A DNA stretch of 64,000 nt from an uncultured Oscillibacter sp. (GCA_946551795.1 CAMNRF010000002.1:1955-65954); one strand, 5' to 3'; counted from the first letter of the stretch, positions 43,390 to 52,317 are shown. Translations and numbers: made by a program. Notes: generated by a model not told the origin, from the sequence alone.

Positions 43390-46038
43390 ATGAGAAAAGA
43401 ACTGCCCAAGGTGTACGAGCCCCAGCAGGTGGAGGGGCGCATCTACGAGATGTGGGAGAAGGGGAACTGTTTCAGGGGCGACCCGGACCCCGCGAAAAAG
43501 CCCTTCTCCATCGTCATGCCGCCCCCCAACGTCACGGGCCAGCTCCACATGGGCCACGCCATGGACTGTACCCTCCAGGACATCCTCACCCGCTTCAAGC
43601 GGATGCAGGGCTACGCCGCCCTCTGGGTCCCCGGCGTGGACCACGCCGGCATCGCCACCCAGATCAAGGTGGAGGAGGACCTGCGGGTCAACGAGGGCCT
43701 GACCCGCTACGACCTGGGCCGGGAGAAGTTCCTCCAGCGGGTCTGGAAGTGGAAGGAGGAGTATGGCGGGCGCATCGTCCAGCAACAGAAGAAGATGGGT
43801 GTCTCCTGCGACTGGTCCCGGTCCCGCTTCACCATGGATGAGGGCTGTTCCAAGGCTGTCCGGGAGACCTTCTGCGAGCTCTACGACAAGGGCCTCATTT
43901 ACAAGGGCAGCCGCATCATCAACTGGTGCCCCCACTGTGTCACCGCCCTCTCCGACGCGGAGGTGGAGTACCAGGACAAGCCTGGCCACCTGTGGTATAT
44001 CCGCTATCCCCTGGCCGACGGCTCCGGCGACCTCGTCGTGGCCACCACCCGGCCCGAGACCATGATGGGCGACACCGGCGTGGCCGTGAACCCGGAGGAC
44101 GAGCGGTTCAAGCACCTGATCGGGAAGACCTGTATCCTGCCCATCATGAACCGGGAGATCCCCATCGTGGGGGACGAGTACTGCGAGATCGGCTTCGGCA
44201 CCGGCGCGGTGAAGATGACCCCCGCCCACGACCCCAACGACTTTGAGGTGGGCCAGCGCCACAATCTGGAGATCATCCGCTGCATTGGCGACGACGGCAG
44301 GATCAACGAGAACGGCGGCCCCTACAACGGAATGGACCGCTACGAGTGCCGTAAGGCCATTGTGAAGGACCTGGAGGAGCAGGGGTATCTGGTGAAGACC
44401 GAGCCCTACAGCCACAACGTGGGCACCTGCTACCGCTGCCATAACGACGTGGAGCCCCTGATCTCCGCCCAGTGGTTCGTGAAGATGGAGCCCTTGGCGA
44501 AGGAGGCCCTCCGGGTGGTCCGGGAGGGGGAGGTCAAGTTCGTCCCCGACCGCTTCTCCAAGATCTACACCAACTGGATGGAGAACGTCCACGACTGGTG
44601 CATCTCCCGCCAGCTGTGGTGGGGCCATCAGATTCCCGCCTGGTACTGCGACGACTGCGGCCACATCAACGTCAGCCGGGAGGACCCCACCAAGTGCGAA
44701 AAGTGCGGAAGCACGCACCTGACCCGGGACCCTGACGTGCTGGACACCTGGTTCTCTTCCGCCCTGTGGCCCTTCTCCACCCTGGGCTGGCCGGAAAAGA
44801 CGGCGGATCTGGAGTACTTCTATCCCACCTCGGTGATGGTCACCGGCTATGACATCATCTTCTTCTGGGTGTCCCGGATGATCTTCTCCGGCTGCGAGCA
44901 GATGAAGAAGATCCCCTTCCGCACGGTGCTGATCCACGGCCTGGTGCGGGACGACAAGGGGCGGAAGATGTCCAAGTCCCTGGGCAACGGCATCGACCCC
45001 CTGGAGGTGGCGGAGAAGTACGGCGCGGACGCCCTGCGCTTCAATCTTATCACCGGCAACAGCCCCGGAAACGATATGCGCTTCTACACGGAGAAGTGCG
45101 AGGCCATGCGGAATTTCGCCAACAAGATCTGGAACGCCAGCCGTTTCGTGATGATGAACCTGGAGTTGGACAGCTATGCCCTGCCGGAGGCGGACAAGCT
45201 GGCCCCGGAGGACAAGTGGGTCCTCTCCAAGCTGAACACCCTGGTGAGAGAGGTCACGGAGAACCTGGACAGCTACGAGATCGGCGTGGCCTCCGCCAAG
45301 GTCTACGACTTCCTGTGGGATACCTACTGCGACTGGTATATCGAGCTCACCAAGACCCGGCTGAACGGGGAGGACCGGGAGACCAGCCTGACGGCCCAGA
45401 ACGTCCTGTGCTATGTGCTGGTGGAGCTGTTGAAGCTGCTGCACCCCTTCATGCCCTTCATCACCGAGGAGATTTTCCAGGCCCTGCCCAAGCAGAAGGG
45501 CTCGGATGACAAATTCCTGATGCTGGCGAAGTGGCCGGAGCATACTCCGGCTCTGAACTTCCCGGCGGAGGAGGCCTCCATGGAGGCCGTGATGGACACC
45601 ATCAAGGCCATCCGGGCCCGCCGGGCAGAGATGAATGTGCCGCCCAGCAAGAAGGCGGAGGCCCTTCTGGTCACCTCTGTGCCGGAGATTTACGCCCAGG
45701 GCCTGCACTTCATTCAGCGGCTGGCCTACGCCTCCCGGGTGACCTTTGCCGAGGCGGCCCCCGCCGACACCGCCGGACAGGTGACGGTGGTCACCCACAA
45801 CGCCACGGTGTACCTGCCCCTCAGTGAGCTGGTGGACATGGCCGAGGAGCTGGCGCGGATTGAAAAGGAGATCGAGAAGGCCCAAAACGGCCTGCGGATC
45901 GTGGAGCAGAAGCTCCAGAACGAGAAATTCGTCTCCCGGGCCCCGGAGGCGGTAGTGAACGTGGAGCGGGAGAAGGCCGCCAAGTTCAGGGAGCTCATCG
46001 CCAAGCTGGAGGAGTCCGCCAGGGCCATGCGGCCGTAA
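43390..46038 (+). CDS. valS: Valine--tRNA ligase
   Basis: PPPNVTGQLHMGH, DWCISRQLWWGH, DTWFSS, KMSKS, C-terminal coiled coil. Confidence 0.98.
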   Translation: MRKELPKVYEPQQVEGRIYEMWEKGNCFRGDPDPAKKPFSIVMPPPNVTGQLHMGHAMDCTLQDILTRFKRMQGYAALWVPGVDHAGIATQIKVEEDLRVNEGLTRYDLGREKFLQRVWKWKEEYGGRIVQQQKKMGVSCDWSRSRFTMDEGCSKAVRETFCELYDKGLIYKGSRIINWCPHCVTALSDAEVEYQDKPGHLWYIRYPLADGSGDLVVATTRPETMMGDTGVAVNPEDERFKHLIGKTCILPIMNREIPIVGDEYCEIGFGTGAVKMTPAHDPNDFEVGQRHNLEIIRCIGDDGRINENGGPYNGMDRYECRKAIVKDLEEQGYLVKTEPYSHNVGTCYRCHNDVEPLISAQWFVKMEPLAKEALRVVREGEVKFVPDRFSKIYTNWMENVHDWCISRQLWWGHQIPAWYCDDCGHINVSREDPTKCEKCGSTHLTRDPDVLDTWFSSALWPFSTLGWPEKTADLEYFYPTSVMVTGYDIIFFWVSRMIFSGCEQMKKIPFRTVLIHGLVRDDKGRKMSKSLGNGIDPLEVAEKYGADALRFNLITGNSPGNDMRFYTEKCEAMRNFANKIWNASRFVMMNLELDSYALPEADKLAPEDKWVLSKLNTLVREVTENLDSYEIGVASAKVYDFLWDTYCDWYIELTKTRLNGEDRETSLTAQNVLCYVLVELLKLLHPFMPFITEEIFQALPKQKGSDDKFLMLAKWPEHTPALNFPAEEASMEAVMDTIKAIRARRAEMNVPPSKKAEALLVTSVPEIYAQGLHFIQRLAYASRVTFAEAAPADTAGQVTVVTHNATVYLPLSELVDMAEELARIEKEIEKAQNGLRIVEQKLQNEKFVSRAPEAVVNVEREKAAKFRELIAKLEESARAMRP

Positions 46039-46048
46039 AGCGCGGTGA

Positions 46049-46081
46049 AAAGGGCCCCGCCGGAGTTCCGGCGGGGCTCTT
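46049..46081 (+). terminator. Terminator after valS
   Basis: GCCCCGCCGGA/TCCGGCGGGGC followed by TCTT. Confidence 0.6.
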
Positions 46082-46198
46082 GACGGAATTTGTCAGACGG
46101 CGGGCGAGGACTGCCCAGCGGCACTCGTCCAGCGCAGCCGCGCAGGCGCAGGAAAAGGGCTTCGGGGCTTCCTCAAAGTCATAGAAGTTGGAGTGGAT

Positions 46199-46750
46199 AT
46201 GAAGGGTTTTGTGAGATCAGATCAGCTGTTCTCCCTCTGCGGGCTGAACTGCGGCCTATGTACCATGCGCCTGGGCGGGTACTGCCCGGGCTGCGGCGGG
46301 GGAGAGGGAAACCAGAGCTGCGCCATTGCCCGGTGCAGCCTGGACCACGGCGGCGTGGAGTACTGCTTTCAGTGCGGGGAGTTCCCCTGCGGCCGCTATG
46401 AGAATGAGGATGTATACGACAGCTTCATCACTCACCGAAACCGTCTGCGGGATCTGGAGAGGGCCCGTCAGTCCGGCGTGGAGGTCTATCAGGCGGAGCA
46501 GCGGGAGCGGTGTGAGATTCTGCGGGTCCTGCTGGAGGGTTACAACGACGGCAGGAGAAAGACCTTGTTTTCCCTGGCGGCGAACCTGCTGGAGCTGGAG
46601 GACCTGCGGGAGATCCTGGAGCGGCTCACAGGGGAGGCGTCCGGCCTCCCGGAGCGGGCCGGCCGGGCCGCCGCGCTGTGCAAAGAGGCGGCGGCCCGGC
46701 GGGGAGTGGACCTGCGGCTGCGGAAACCGCCCGGAAAGTCCGGAAAATGA
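46199..46750 (+). CDS. DUF3795-like Cys-rich protein
   Basis: CGLNC.LC, CPGC, C.IA.C, YCFQC.EFPC. Confidence 0.75.
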   Translation: MKGFVRSDQLFSLCGLNCGLCTMRLGGYCPGCGGGEGNQSCAIARCSLDHGGVEYCFQCGEFPCGRYENEDVYDSFITHRNRLRDLERARQSGVEVYQAEQRERCEILRVLLEGYNDGRRKTLFSLAANLLELEDLREILERLTGEASGLPERAGRAAALCKEAAARRGVDLRLRKPPGKSGK

Positions 46751-46785
46751 AAGAACATGGAAATTTTCATTGGGATTCCAAGGGT

Positions 46786-46914
46786 TTCGACAGAAAGTAA
46801 ATGTCAGACATGCTATCATCACCGTAAGGCAGAGCGCCTTACGGTGTTTTTTATTATGCAAAGGCATTTGTCTGTTGACATGGCGCGGCAGGACGCATGA
46901 AGACTTATGCGAAA
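46786..46914 (+). promoter_or_regulatory. spoIIA control region: Spo0A box and possible SigH promoter
   Basis: TTCGACA (reverse 0A box) at 46786-46792; AGGA-N17-GAAA at 46890-46914. A terminator hairpin at 46820-46852 lies between them. Confidence 0.45.
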
Positions 46915-46935
46915 GACGAAAAAGGGGCGAAAACT

Positions 46936-47241
46936 ATGGAGATCATGGCAAAGACCGCGGACCGGAAGCTGCTGCTGGAGCTGTCCGGGGAGATCGACCA
47001 CCACGGCGCGCGGGATGCCCTGCGGGAGCTGGAGCTGGCGGTGGACGCGGCGCTGCCCGTCAGGCTGGTGCTGGACCTGGCGGGTGTGACGTTTATGGAC
47101 AGCTCCGGCATCGCGCTGATCCTGCGGGCACAGCAGAGAATGCAGCTGCTGGACGGCAGCGTGCTGGTCTGCAACGTGCCGGCCCAGGCCCGGCGGGTCC
47201 TGGACGCCGCCGGCGTGGGCCGGCTGGTGACAATTCGATAA
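46936..47241 (+). CDS. spoIIAA: Anti-sigma F factor antagonist
   Basis: GEIDHH and VTFMDSSGI; operon context. Confidence 0.93.
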   Translation: MEIMAKTADRKLLLELSGEIDHHGARDALRELELAVDAALPVRLVLDLAGVTFMDSSGIALILRAQQRMQLLDGSVLVCNVPAQARRVLDAAGVGRLVTIR

Positions 47242-47255
47242 AGGAGGTTTACATA

Positions 47256-47705
47256 ATGAAAACAAAAGCGTCCAACGAGGTCACGCTGGAATTCCCCAGC
47301 CGCAGCAGCAACGAGTCCTTTGCCCGGGCCGCCGCGGCCAGCTTCGCGGCCCAGATGGACCCCACCCTCAACGAGCTGGAGGACATCAAGACCGCCGTCA
47401 GCGAGGCGGTGACCAACGCCATCGTCCACGGCTATCCGGACTCCATCGGCAAGGTGGTGGTGAAGGTGCGGATCTGTCCGGAGAACACGCTGGAGATCAC
47501 GGTGCGGGACTACGGGCGGGGCATCCCGGATGTGGACAGGGCCCGGCAGCCCATGTTCACCACCGGAGGGGCGGAGCGCAGCGGCATGGGGTTTACCATC
47601 ATGGAGAGCTTCATGGACAGGCTGGCCGTGCGCTCCGTGCCGGGAAAGGGCACGTCCGTAGTGATGAAAAAGCGGCTGGCACCCCGGCTGAAAACGGCGA
47701 AATGA
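47256..47705 (+). CDS. spoIIAB: Anti-sigma F factor
   Basis: NESFAR, DIKTAVSEAVTNAIVHGY, ERSGMGFTIMESFMD. Confidence 0.95.
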   Translation: MKTKASNEVTLEFPSRSSNESFARAAAASFAAQMDPTLNELEDIKTAVSEAVTNAIVHGYPDSIGKVVVKVRICPENTLEITVRDYGRGIPDVDRARQPMFTTGGAERSGMGFTIMESFMDRLAVRSVPGKGTSVVMKKRLAPRLKTAK

Positions 47706-48406
47706 GTGCCGCGCTGGAGCTTTTGCGGGCGGCCCAGGAGGGGGACCGGGAGGCCTGCGAGCAGGCGGTCATCGAGAACAACGGCCTGATCTGGAGCGTG
47801 GTGCGGCGGTACTACGGCCGGGGTGTGGACCCGGACGACCTCTACCAGCTGGGGTGTCTGGGTTTTTTGAAGGCCATTCAGGGCTTTGACTTCGACTACG
47901 GCACCTGCTTTTCCACCTATGCCGTCCCCAAGATCGCCGGGGAGATCCGCCGGTTTCTGCGGGACGACGGCGCGGTGAAGGTGGGGCGGAGCCTGCGGGA
48001 GCAGTCCCAGATGCTCTACGGCCTGCGGGAGCGGCTGCGCCACGAGCTGGGGAGGGAGCCGGTGCTGTCGGAGCTCTCGGAGGCCTCCGGCCTGACGGCG
48101 GAGGAGATCGCCCAGATCGACCTGGCCACCGACACGCCGGAGTCCCTCCAGCAGGAGACCATTGACGGGCTGACCCTGGAGGGGGTGCTGGGCACGGAGG
48201 CCCCGGAGGAGGCTCTGGTGGAGCGGATCGCCCTGCGGGAGGCCATCGACCAGCTGCCGGAGAAAGAGCGGATGACCATTCTGCTCCGGTACTTCAAGGG
48301 GCTGACCCAGGAGCGGACGGCCCGGGTGCTGGGGGTGTCCCAGGTGCAGGTATCCCGGCTGGAGCGCCGGGGCCTGAAACGGCTGCGGGAGAGCTTTGGG
48401 CCCTGA
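47702..48406 (+). CDS. sigF: RNA polymerase sporulation sigma factor F
   Basis: DDLYQLG..G..KAI..FD, FSTYAVP.I.GEIRRFLRDDG, GVSQVQVSRLE; third gene of spoIIA. Confidence 0.93.
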   Translation: MSAALELLRAAQEGDREACEQAVIENNGLIWSVVRRYYGRGVDPDDLYQLGCLGFLKAIQGFDFDYGTCFSTYAVPKIAGEIRRFLRDDGAVKVGRSLREQSQMLYGLRERLRHELGREPVLSELSEASGLTAEEIAQIDLATDTPESLQQETIDGLTLEGVLGTEAPEEALVERIALREAIDQLPEKERMTILLRYFKGLTQERTARVLGVSQVQVSRLERRGLKRLRESFGP

Positions 48407-49151
48407 AATAGGATTCGTCCTGAAACTCCGTCATGGTGTTCCAGTATCGCTTGGGCATATTCGTCATCCGGCATTTGGGATTGTAACGCTCCTTGATGGC
48501 GATGGTGTCGTAGAACCGCTTCCACAGCAGCCGGTAGGACGCCTCGGTCTCATCCGGCGGGGCCATCTGAAAATCCGCCAGGGGGCGGATGACCGCCTTC
48601 CCGGCGGCGTAGAAGAGGGCCTCGCGGTGGGTGCGGTCGTAGAGGAAGAACTTCTCGTTGAGGTACCGGGCGCAGAAATGGCCCCGCAGGAGGGGCAGCA
48701 CCCGGTTTTTGGGCTCGATCTCGCCGCCCAGCACACCACCCAGGTCGGAGAAGCGGACAAACCCCTTGAGGAGATGGACCTCGCCCTCCAGGTGCCGGAC
48801 GGCTTTGGCCACGGGGTAGAGCACCGGGTCGGAGAGGTTGCCCAGGAATCCGGGGCCGTCCCGCAGCAGCTTTTGAACGAGGCGGTAGAGATGAATCTCC
48901 CGGTCCGGCAGGCAGGTGAGAAATCCCTTGCGCAGCAGCTCCGCCGCCCAGGGAGAGCACTTGACGATCTTCCGGTAAACCCGGGCCGCGTGGTCCCGGT
49001 CTGTTGGAATGAGACGGCTGGCAAAGAGCGTGGGAACAAAGTCCTCATCGCGGCAGATGGCGGTGAGGACTTCTCTGTTGGCGTAGCTGTCAAAGACGCA
49101 GCAGAGGAAGCCCTCGAAGCTGCCGTCGTAACAATAGACCATATCTGTCAT
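48294..49151 (-). CDS. TIGR03915/DUF4130-family putative DNA repair protein
   Basis: YDGSFEGFL, E.H...GFVRF, IEP...VLP....HF..R, LW..FY..I.I.ER.N......MPKRYW. Downstream of its radical SAM partner. Confidence 0.85.
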   Translation of the reverse strand: MTDMVYCYDGSFEGFLCCVFDSYANREVLTAICRDEDFVPTLFASRLIPTDRDHAARVYRKIVKCSPWAAELLRKGFLTCLPDREIHLYRLVQKLLRDGPGFLGNLSDPVLYPVAKAVRHLEGEVHLLKGFVRFSDLGGVLGGEIEPKNRVLPLLRGHFCARYLNEKFFLYDRTHREALFYAAGKAVIRPLADFQMAPPDETEASYRLLWKRFYDTIAIKERYNPKCRMTNMPKRYWNTMTEFQDESYFRAQSSPAAVSGPGAPAGIPAPGTPPAPGPSAPGSAP

Positions 49152-49165
49152 TCAGGGCTCTCCGA

Positions 49166-50431
49166 TTATATGGCGGCGAAAAGGGACAGCTGCTCCACCG
49201 GCGGCTGGGGCAGCAGGGGCCGCTCCGCGGCGATCAGCCCCCGCAGGAGGCTGTCCGGCGTAAAGCGGAGGCCGTCGGCGATTTTGCCGGAGGCGGTGAG
49301 GAAGTACTGGGCCCGCTTCATCACCACGCCCAGTCTGGGCAGGTTTTCAATGTGGAGGGGCCCCGTCCGGCGGGCGGCCAGGATGCGCCTGGCGGAGGTG
49401 ACGCCCACGCCGGGAATTCGCAGCAGCGACTCGTAATCCGCCGTGTTCACCTCCACGGGGAAGAACTCCGGATGGGCCAGGGCCCAGCTGCACTTGGGGT
49501 CCACTCTCGGGTCAAAGTCCGGATGGGCCTCGTCCAGCAGCTCCTCGGCCCGGAAGCCGTAGAACCGCAGCAGCCAGTCCGCCTGGTACAGCCGGTGCTC
49601 CCGCAGAAGAGGCGGCTTCACATCCCTGGCGGGCAGCAGGGCGTGTTCCACCACCGGCACATAGGCGGAGTAGAACACCCGCTTCAGCCGGTAGCGGTCG
49701 TAGAGCCCCTGGGTGAGGCGCAGGATGTGGAGGTCGTTGTCCGCCGTGGCCCCCACGATGAGCTGGGTGCTCTGGCCGGCGGGGGCGAACTTTGGAGCGT
49801 GGCGGTACTTCACCAGCTCCTCTTTGCTCTGCCGGTTCCGGACCTGGATCTGGCGCATGGGGGCGAGAATCGCCTGCTTGGTCTTGTCCGGCGCCAGGGC
49901 TCTCAGCCCCGCCTCCGAGGGCAGCTCGATGTTGACGCTGAGGCGGTCCGCCAGAAAGCCCAGCTGCTCCACCAGCTCCGGCGCGGCGCCGGGGATGGCC
50001 TTGGCGTGGATATAGCCGTTGAACCGGTAGGTCTCCCGCAGAAGGCGCAGGGAGCGGATCATCAGCTCCGTGGTGTAGTCCGGACTGCGGAACACCCCGG
50101 AGGAGAGGAACAGCCCCTCGATATAGTTCCGCCGGTAGAAGTTGATGGTCAGGTCCGCCAGCTCCTCCGGGGTGAAGGCCGCCCGCTTTGTCTCGTTGCT
50201 GCGGCGGTTGACGCAGTACTTGCAGTCGTACACGCAGCGGTTGGTCATCAGCACTTTCAGCAGCGTGACGCACCGCCCGTCGGCGGAGAAGGAGTGGCAG
50301 CACCCGGCCAGGGAGGTGGAGGTATTGCCGATATACCCCTTCTTGGCCGTGCGGCTGCCGCCGCTGGAGGTGCAGGCGGCGTCATATTTGGCGGCGTCGG
50401 TGAGGATAGTCAGTTTTTCCAGGACGTCCAT
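49166..50431 (-). CDS. Putative DNA modification/repair radical SAM protein (TIGR03916-like)
   Basis: KL.IL.DAAKYD..C.SSG, CVYDCKYC, YIEGLFLSSG, PAGQSTQ, REHRLYQADWLLRFYGF, HhH motif LLRIPGVG. Confidence 0.92.
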   Translation of the reverse strand: MDVLEKLTILTDAAKYDAACTSSGGSRTAKKGYIGNTSTSLAGCCHSFSADGRCVTLLKVLMTNRCVYDCKYCVNRRSNETKRAAFTPEELADLTINFYRRNYIEGLFLSSGVFRSPDYTTELMIRSLRLLRETYRFNGYIHAKAIPGAAPELVEQLGFLADRLSVNIELPSEAGLRALAPDKTKQAILAPMRQIQVRNRQSKEELVKYRHAPKFAPAGQSTQLIVGATADNDLHILRLTQGLYDRYRLKRVFYSAYVPVVEHALLPARDVKPPLLREHRLYQADWLLRFYGFRAEELLDEAHPDFDPRVDPKCSWALAHPEFFPVEVNTADYESLLRIPGVGVTSARRILAARRTGPLHIENLPRLGVVMKRAQYFLTASGKIADGLRFTPDSLLRGLIAAERPLLPQPPVEQLSLFAAI

Positions 50432-50440
50432 GGGGGTGGA

Positions 50441-50545
50441 TCACCGGGCCCGCCGGGGGCGCTCAATGATGTCAATCACCCGGAAGAGCTGAGCGGTGAG
50501 CACCGCCACGCCGATCACGATGAAGAACAGAGTCCAGCCAGTCAT
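50441..50545 (-). CDS. 34-aa single-TM peptide, first gene of the SOS-type operon
   Basis: RBS AAGGGAGG; MTGWTLFFIVIGVAVLTAQLFRVIDIIERPRRAR; stop 9 nt before the radical SAM start. Confidence 0.6.
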   Translation of the reverse strand: MTGWTLFFIVIGVAVLTAQLFRVIDIIERPRRAR

Positions 50546-50583
50546 GAGAAGACCTCCCTTGCGGCCGCAGAGTGCGGCGAAAT

Positions 50584-50632
50584 AGAATGTTTGTTCGATT
50601 ACTATTGTAAATCGAACATTCGTTCTTGTCAA
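50584..50632 (-). promoter_or_regulatory. SigA promoter with two LexA (Cheo) boxes
   Basis: Minus strand TTGACA-N17-TACAAT. CGAAC-ATTC-GTTCT in the spacer (50613-50626) and AGAAT-GTTT-GTTCG (50584-50597). Confidence 0.85.
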
Positions 50633-50687
50633 GGGGGAAATCGAGAAAATATAAAAACAGCCGCCCCGTTTGGGACGGCTGTCGGAT

Positions 50688-51377
50688 TTACTGGTCCAGG
50701 ATCTTTCCGTCTGTGGAGAGGACCACCACCTGCCAGGGGATGAACTTCCCACTGGCCTGGAGAGCCCGCTTCACGGCGTTTTCCAGCCCGCCGCAGCAGG
50801 GGACCTCCATGCGGACGACGGTGACGCTCTTGATGTCGTTTCCGGCGATGATCTCCGTCAGTTTTTCCGCGTAGTCTCCCTCGTCCAGCTTGGGGCAGCC
50901 GATCAAGGTGATGCGGTTTTTGATAAAGGTGTTGTGAAAGTCCCCGAAGGCGTAGGCGGTGCAGTCGGCGGCGATGAGCAGGTTTGCCCCGTCGAAATAG
51001 GGGGCGCGGACCGGGGCCAGCTTGATCTGCACCGGCCACTGGCTGAGGCGGCTCGAGCGGGGGACGGCGGGGACGGACTCCTCCGCGGCCTGGCGGCGGA
51101 GGGACTGGGAGCGCATACCGGGACAGCCCGCGGCCCGCTTTGCCTCCTTTGCCCGCAGAACGGCGGATTCGTCGTAGGCCGGGGCCTCCCGCTCCTCAAA
51201 GGTGATGGCCCCGGTGGGGCAGGCGGGCAGGCAGTCCCCCAGGCCGTCGCAGTAGTTCTCCCGGGTGAGGACGGCCTTCCCGTCCACCATGTCGATGGCG
51301 CCCTCGTGGCAGGCATTGGCGCAGGCGCCGCAGCCATTGCATTTCTCCTGGTCGATTTTGATGATTTTTCGCAGCAT
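50688..51377 (-). CDS. 4Fe-4S dicluster protein
   Basis: CNGCGACANAC and CDGLGDCLPACP; GCPG, QWPVQIKL, IGCPKLD, MEVPCCGG. Confidence 0.88.
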   Translation of the reverse strand: MLRKIIKIDQEKCNGCGACANACHEGAIDMVDGKAVLTRENYCDGLGDCLPACPTGAITFEEREAPAYDESAVLRAKEAKRAAGCPGMRSQSLRRQAAEESVPAVPRSSRLSQWPVQIKLAPVRAPYFDGANLLIAADCTAYAFGDFHNTFIKNRITLIGCPKLDEGDYAEKLTEIIAGNDIKSVTVVRMEVPCCGGLENAVKRALQASGKFIPWQVVVLSTDGKILDQ

Positions 51378-51434
51378 TCTGATCTCCTCCTGTGTGCTTT
51401 GCCGGCATTATACCGCAAAGGGGAACGGGGGAAG

Positions 51435-51450
51435 TGTTGCGGGCGCAACA
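51435..51450. promoter_or_regulatory. Palindromic operator upstream of the Fe-S protein (Crp/Fnr-type geometry)
   Basis: TGTTGC-GGGC-GCAACA centred about 30 bp upstream of a minus-strand TATAAT (51407-51412). Confidence 0.55.
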
Positions 51451-51535
51451 ACCCTGCCCAATTCTTTTTGGATGTTTTTCCGGAGAACCCCGCTCTTGCT
51501 ATTTTCTGAAAAAGCCGTATAATGAGATTGATTCA

Positions 51536-51653
51536 GGCAGAGTAGGGACACACATGTCAACGGGCGGCGACGGCTGTCCGCAGTGCCGGAAAGACGGGGA
51601 GCTGCTTTCCGGACGAAAGGGAAACCGCAGTGTGTGTCCCGCATCCCGCTGCC
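51536..51653 (+). ncRNA. THF riboswitch
   Basis: GGCAGAGTAG...GCATCCCGCTGCC ends, P2 GGGACACAC/GTGTGTCCC, P3 CCGGAAAG/CTTTCCGG with GGGGAG loop, ACGAA. Lies upstream of a folate ECF S component. Confidence 0.85.
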
Positions 51654-51709
51654 GCATGAAGGGACTCTCCTCTGTGCGGCGTACTGCCGTAATTTGAGGA
51701 GGTATTTTT

Positions 51710-52261
51710 ATGTCCAAAATCAACACCCGGGCCCTGTGCCGCGTCGCCATGCTGGCGGCGCTGTACGTGCTGCTGAACAACACCGCCGCCATCAAGGCGG
51801 GGAATCTCCGCATCACCTTTGCCTCGCTGCCGGTGGTGCTCTCGGCGATGCTGTTCGGCCCCCTGGAGTCCGCCCTGACGGCTTTTGTGGGGGAGTTCAT
51901 CAACCAGCTGCTCGGCGGCTACGGCATCACCGCCACCACGGCGCTGTGGCTCATTCCCCCGGCGGTGCGGGGGGTGGTCATCGGAATCGCGGCCATGGCT
52001 CTCCGCCGTACGGACCGCCCCCTGGAGCGCCGTCCGGCGCTGGGGTACGCCGTCTGCGTGTTGGCGGCGCTGTGCACCACCGCCGCCAATACCGCTGTCA
52101 TCGCTCTGGACGCGTGGATCTACCACTACTACTCCCGGGCCTATGTCTTCGGTGAGTTGCTCTACCGCCTGGGCTCCGGCGTGCTGATCGCCGTGATCGT
52201 GGCCACAGCGGCCATGCCCATGGCCGTGCTGCTGCGCCGCCAGGGCCTGGCCCGGGCTTAG
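51710..52261 (+). CDS. folT: Folate-family ECF transporter S component
   Basis: AML.AL..L, LRITF..LP......LFGP; about 6 TM segments; THF riboswitch upstream. Confidence 0.82.
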   Translation: MSKINTRALCRVAMLAALYVLLNNTAAIKAGNLRITFASLPVVLSAMLFGPLESALTAFVGEFINQLLGGYGITATTALWLIPPAVRGVVIGIAAMALRRTDRPLERRPALGYAVCVLAALCTTAANTAVIALDAWIYHYYSRAYVFGELLYRLGSGVLIAVIVATAAMPMAVLLRRQGLARA

Positions 52262-52277
52262 GGGACCGGACAGGGAT

Positions 52278-52317
52278 GCGCAAAGAGGCGGCCGCATTTG
52301 CGGCCGCCTCTTTGCGC
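52278..52317. terminator. Bidirectional terminator-like hairpin
   Basis: 19-bp perfect inverted repeat GCGCAAAGAGGCGGCCGCA/TGCGGCCGCCTCTTTGCGC between convergent genes. Confidence 0.65.

Noticed and set aside
46786-46852. Small RNA from TGCTATCAT to the adjacent terminator
   Set aside because: The transcript would consist of only the hairpin; it is more simply the terminator insulating spoIIA from the DUF3795-like gene.
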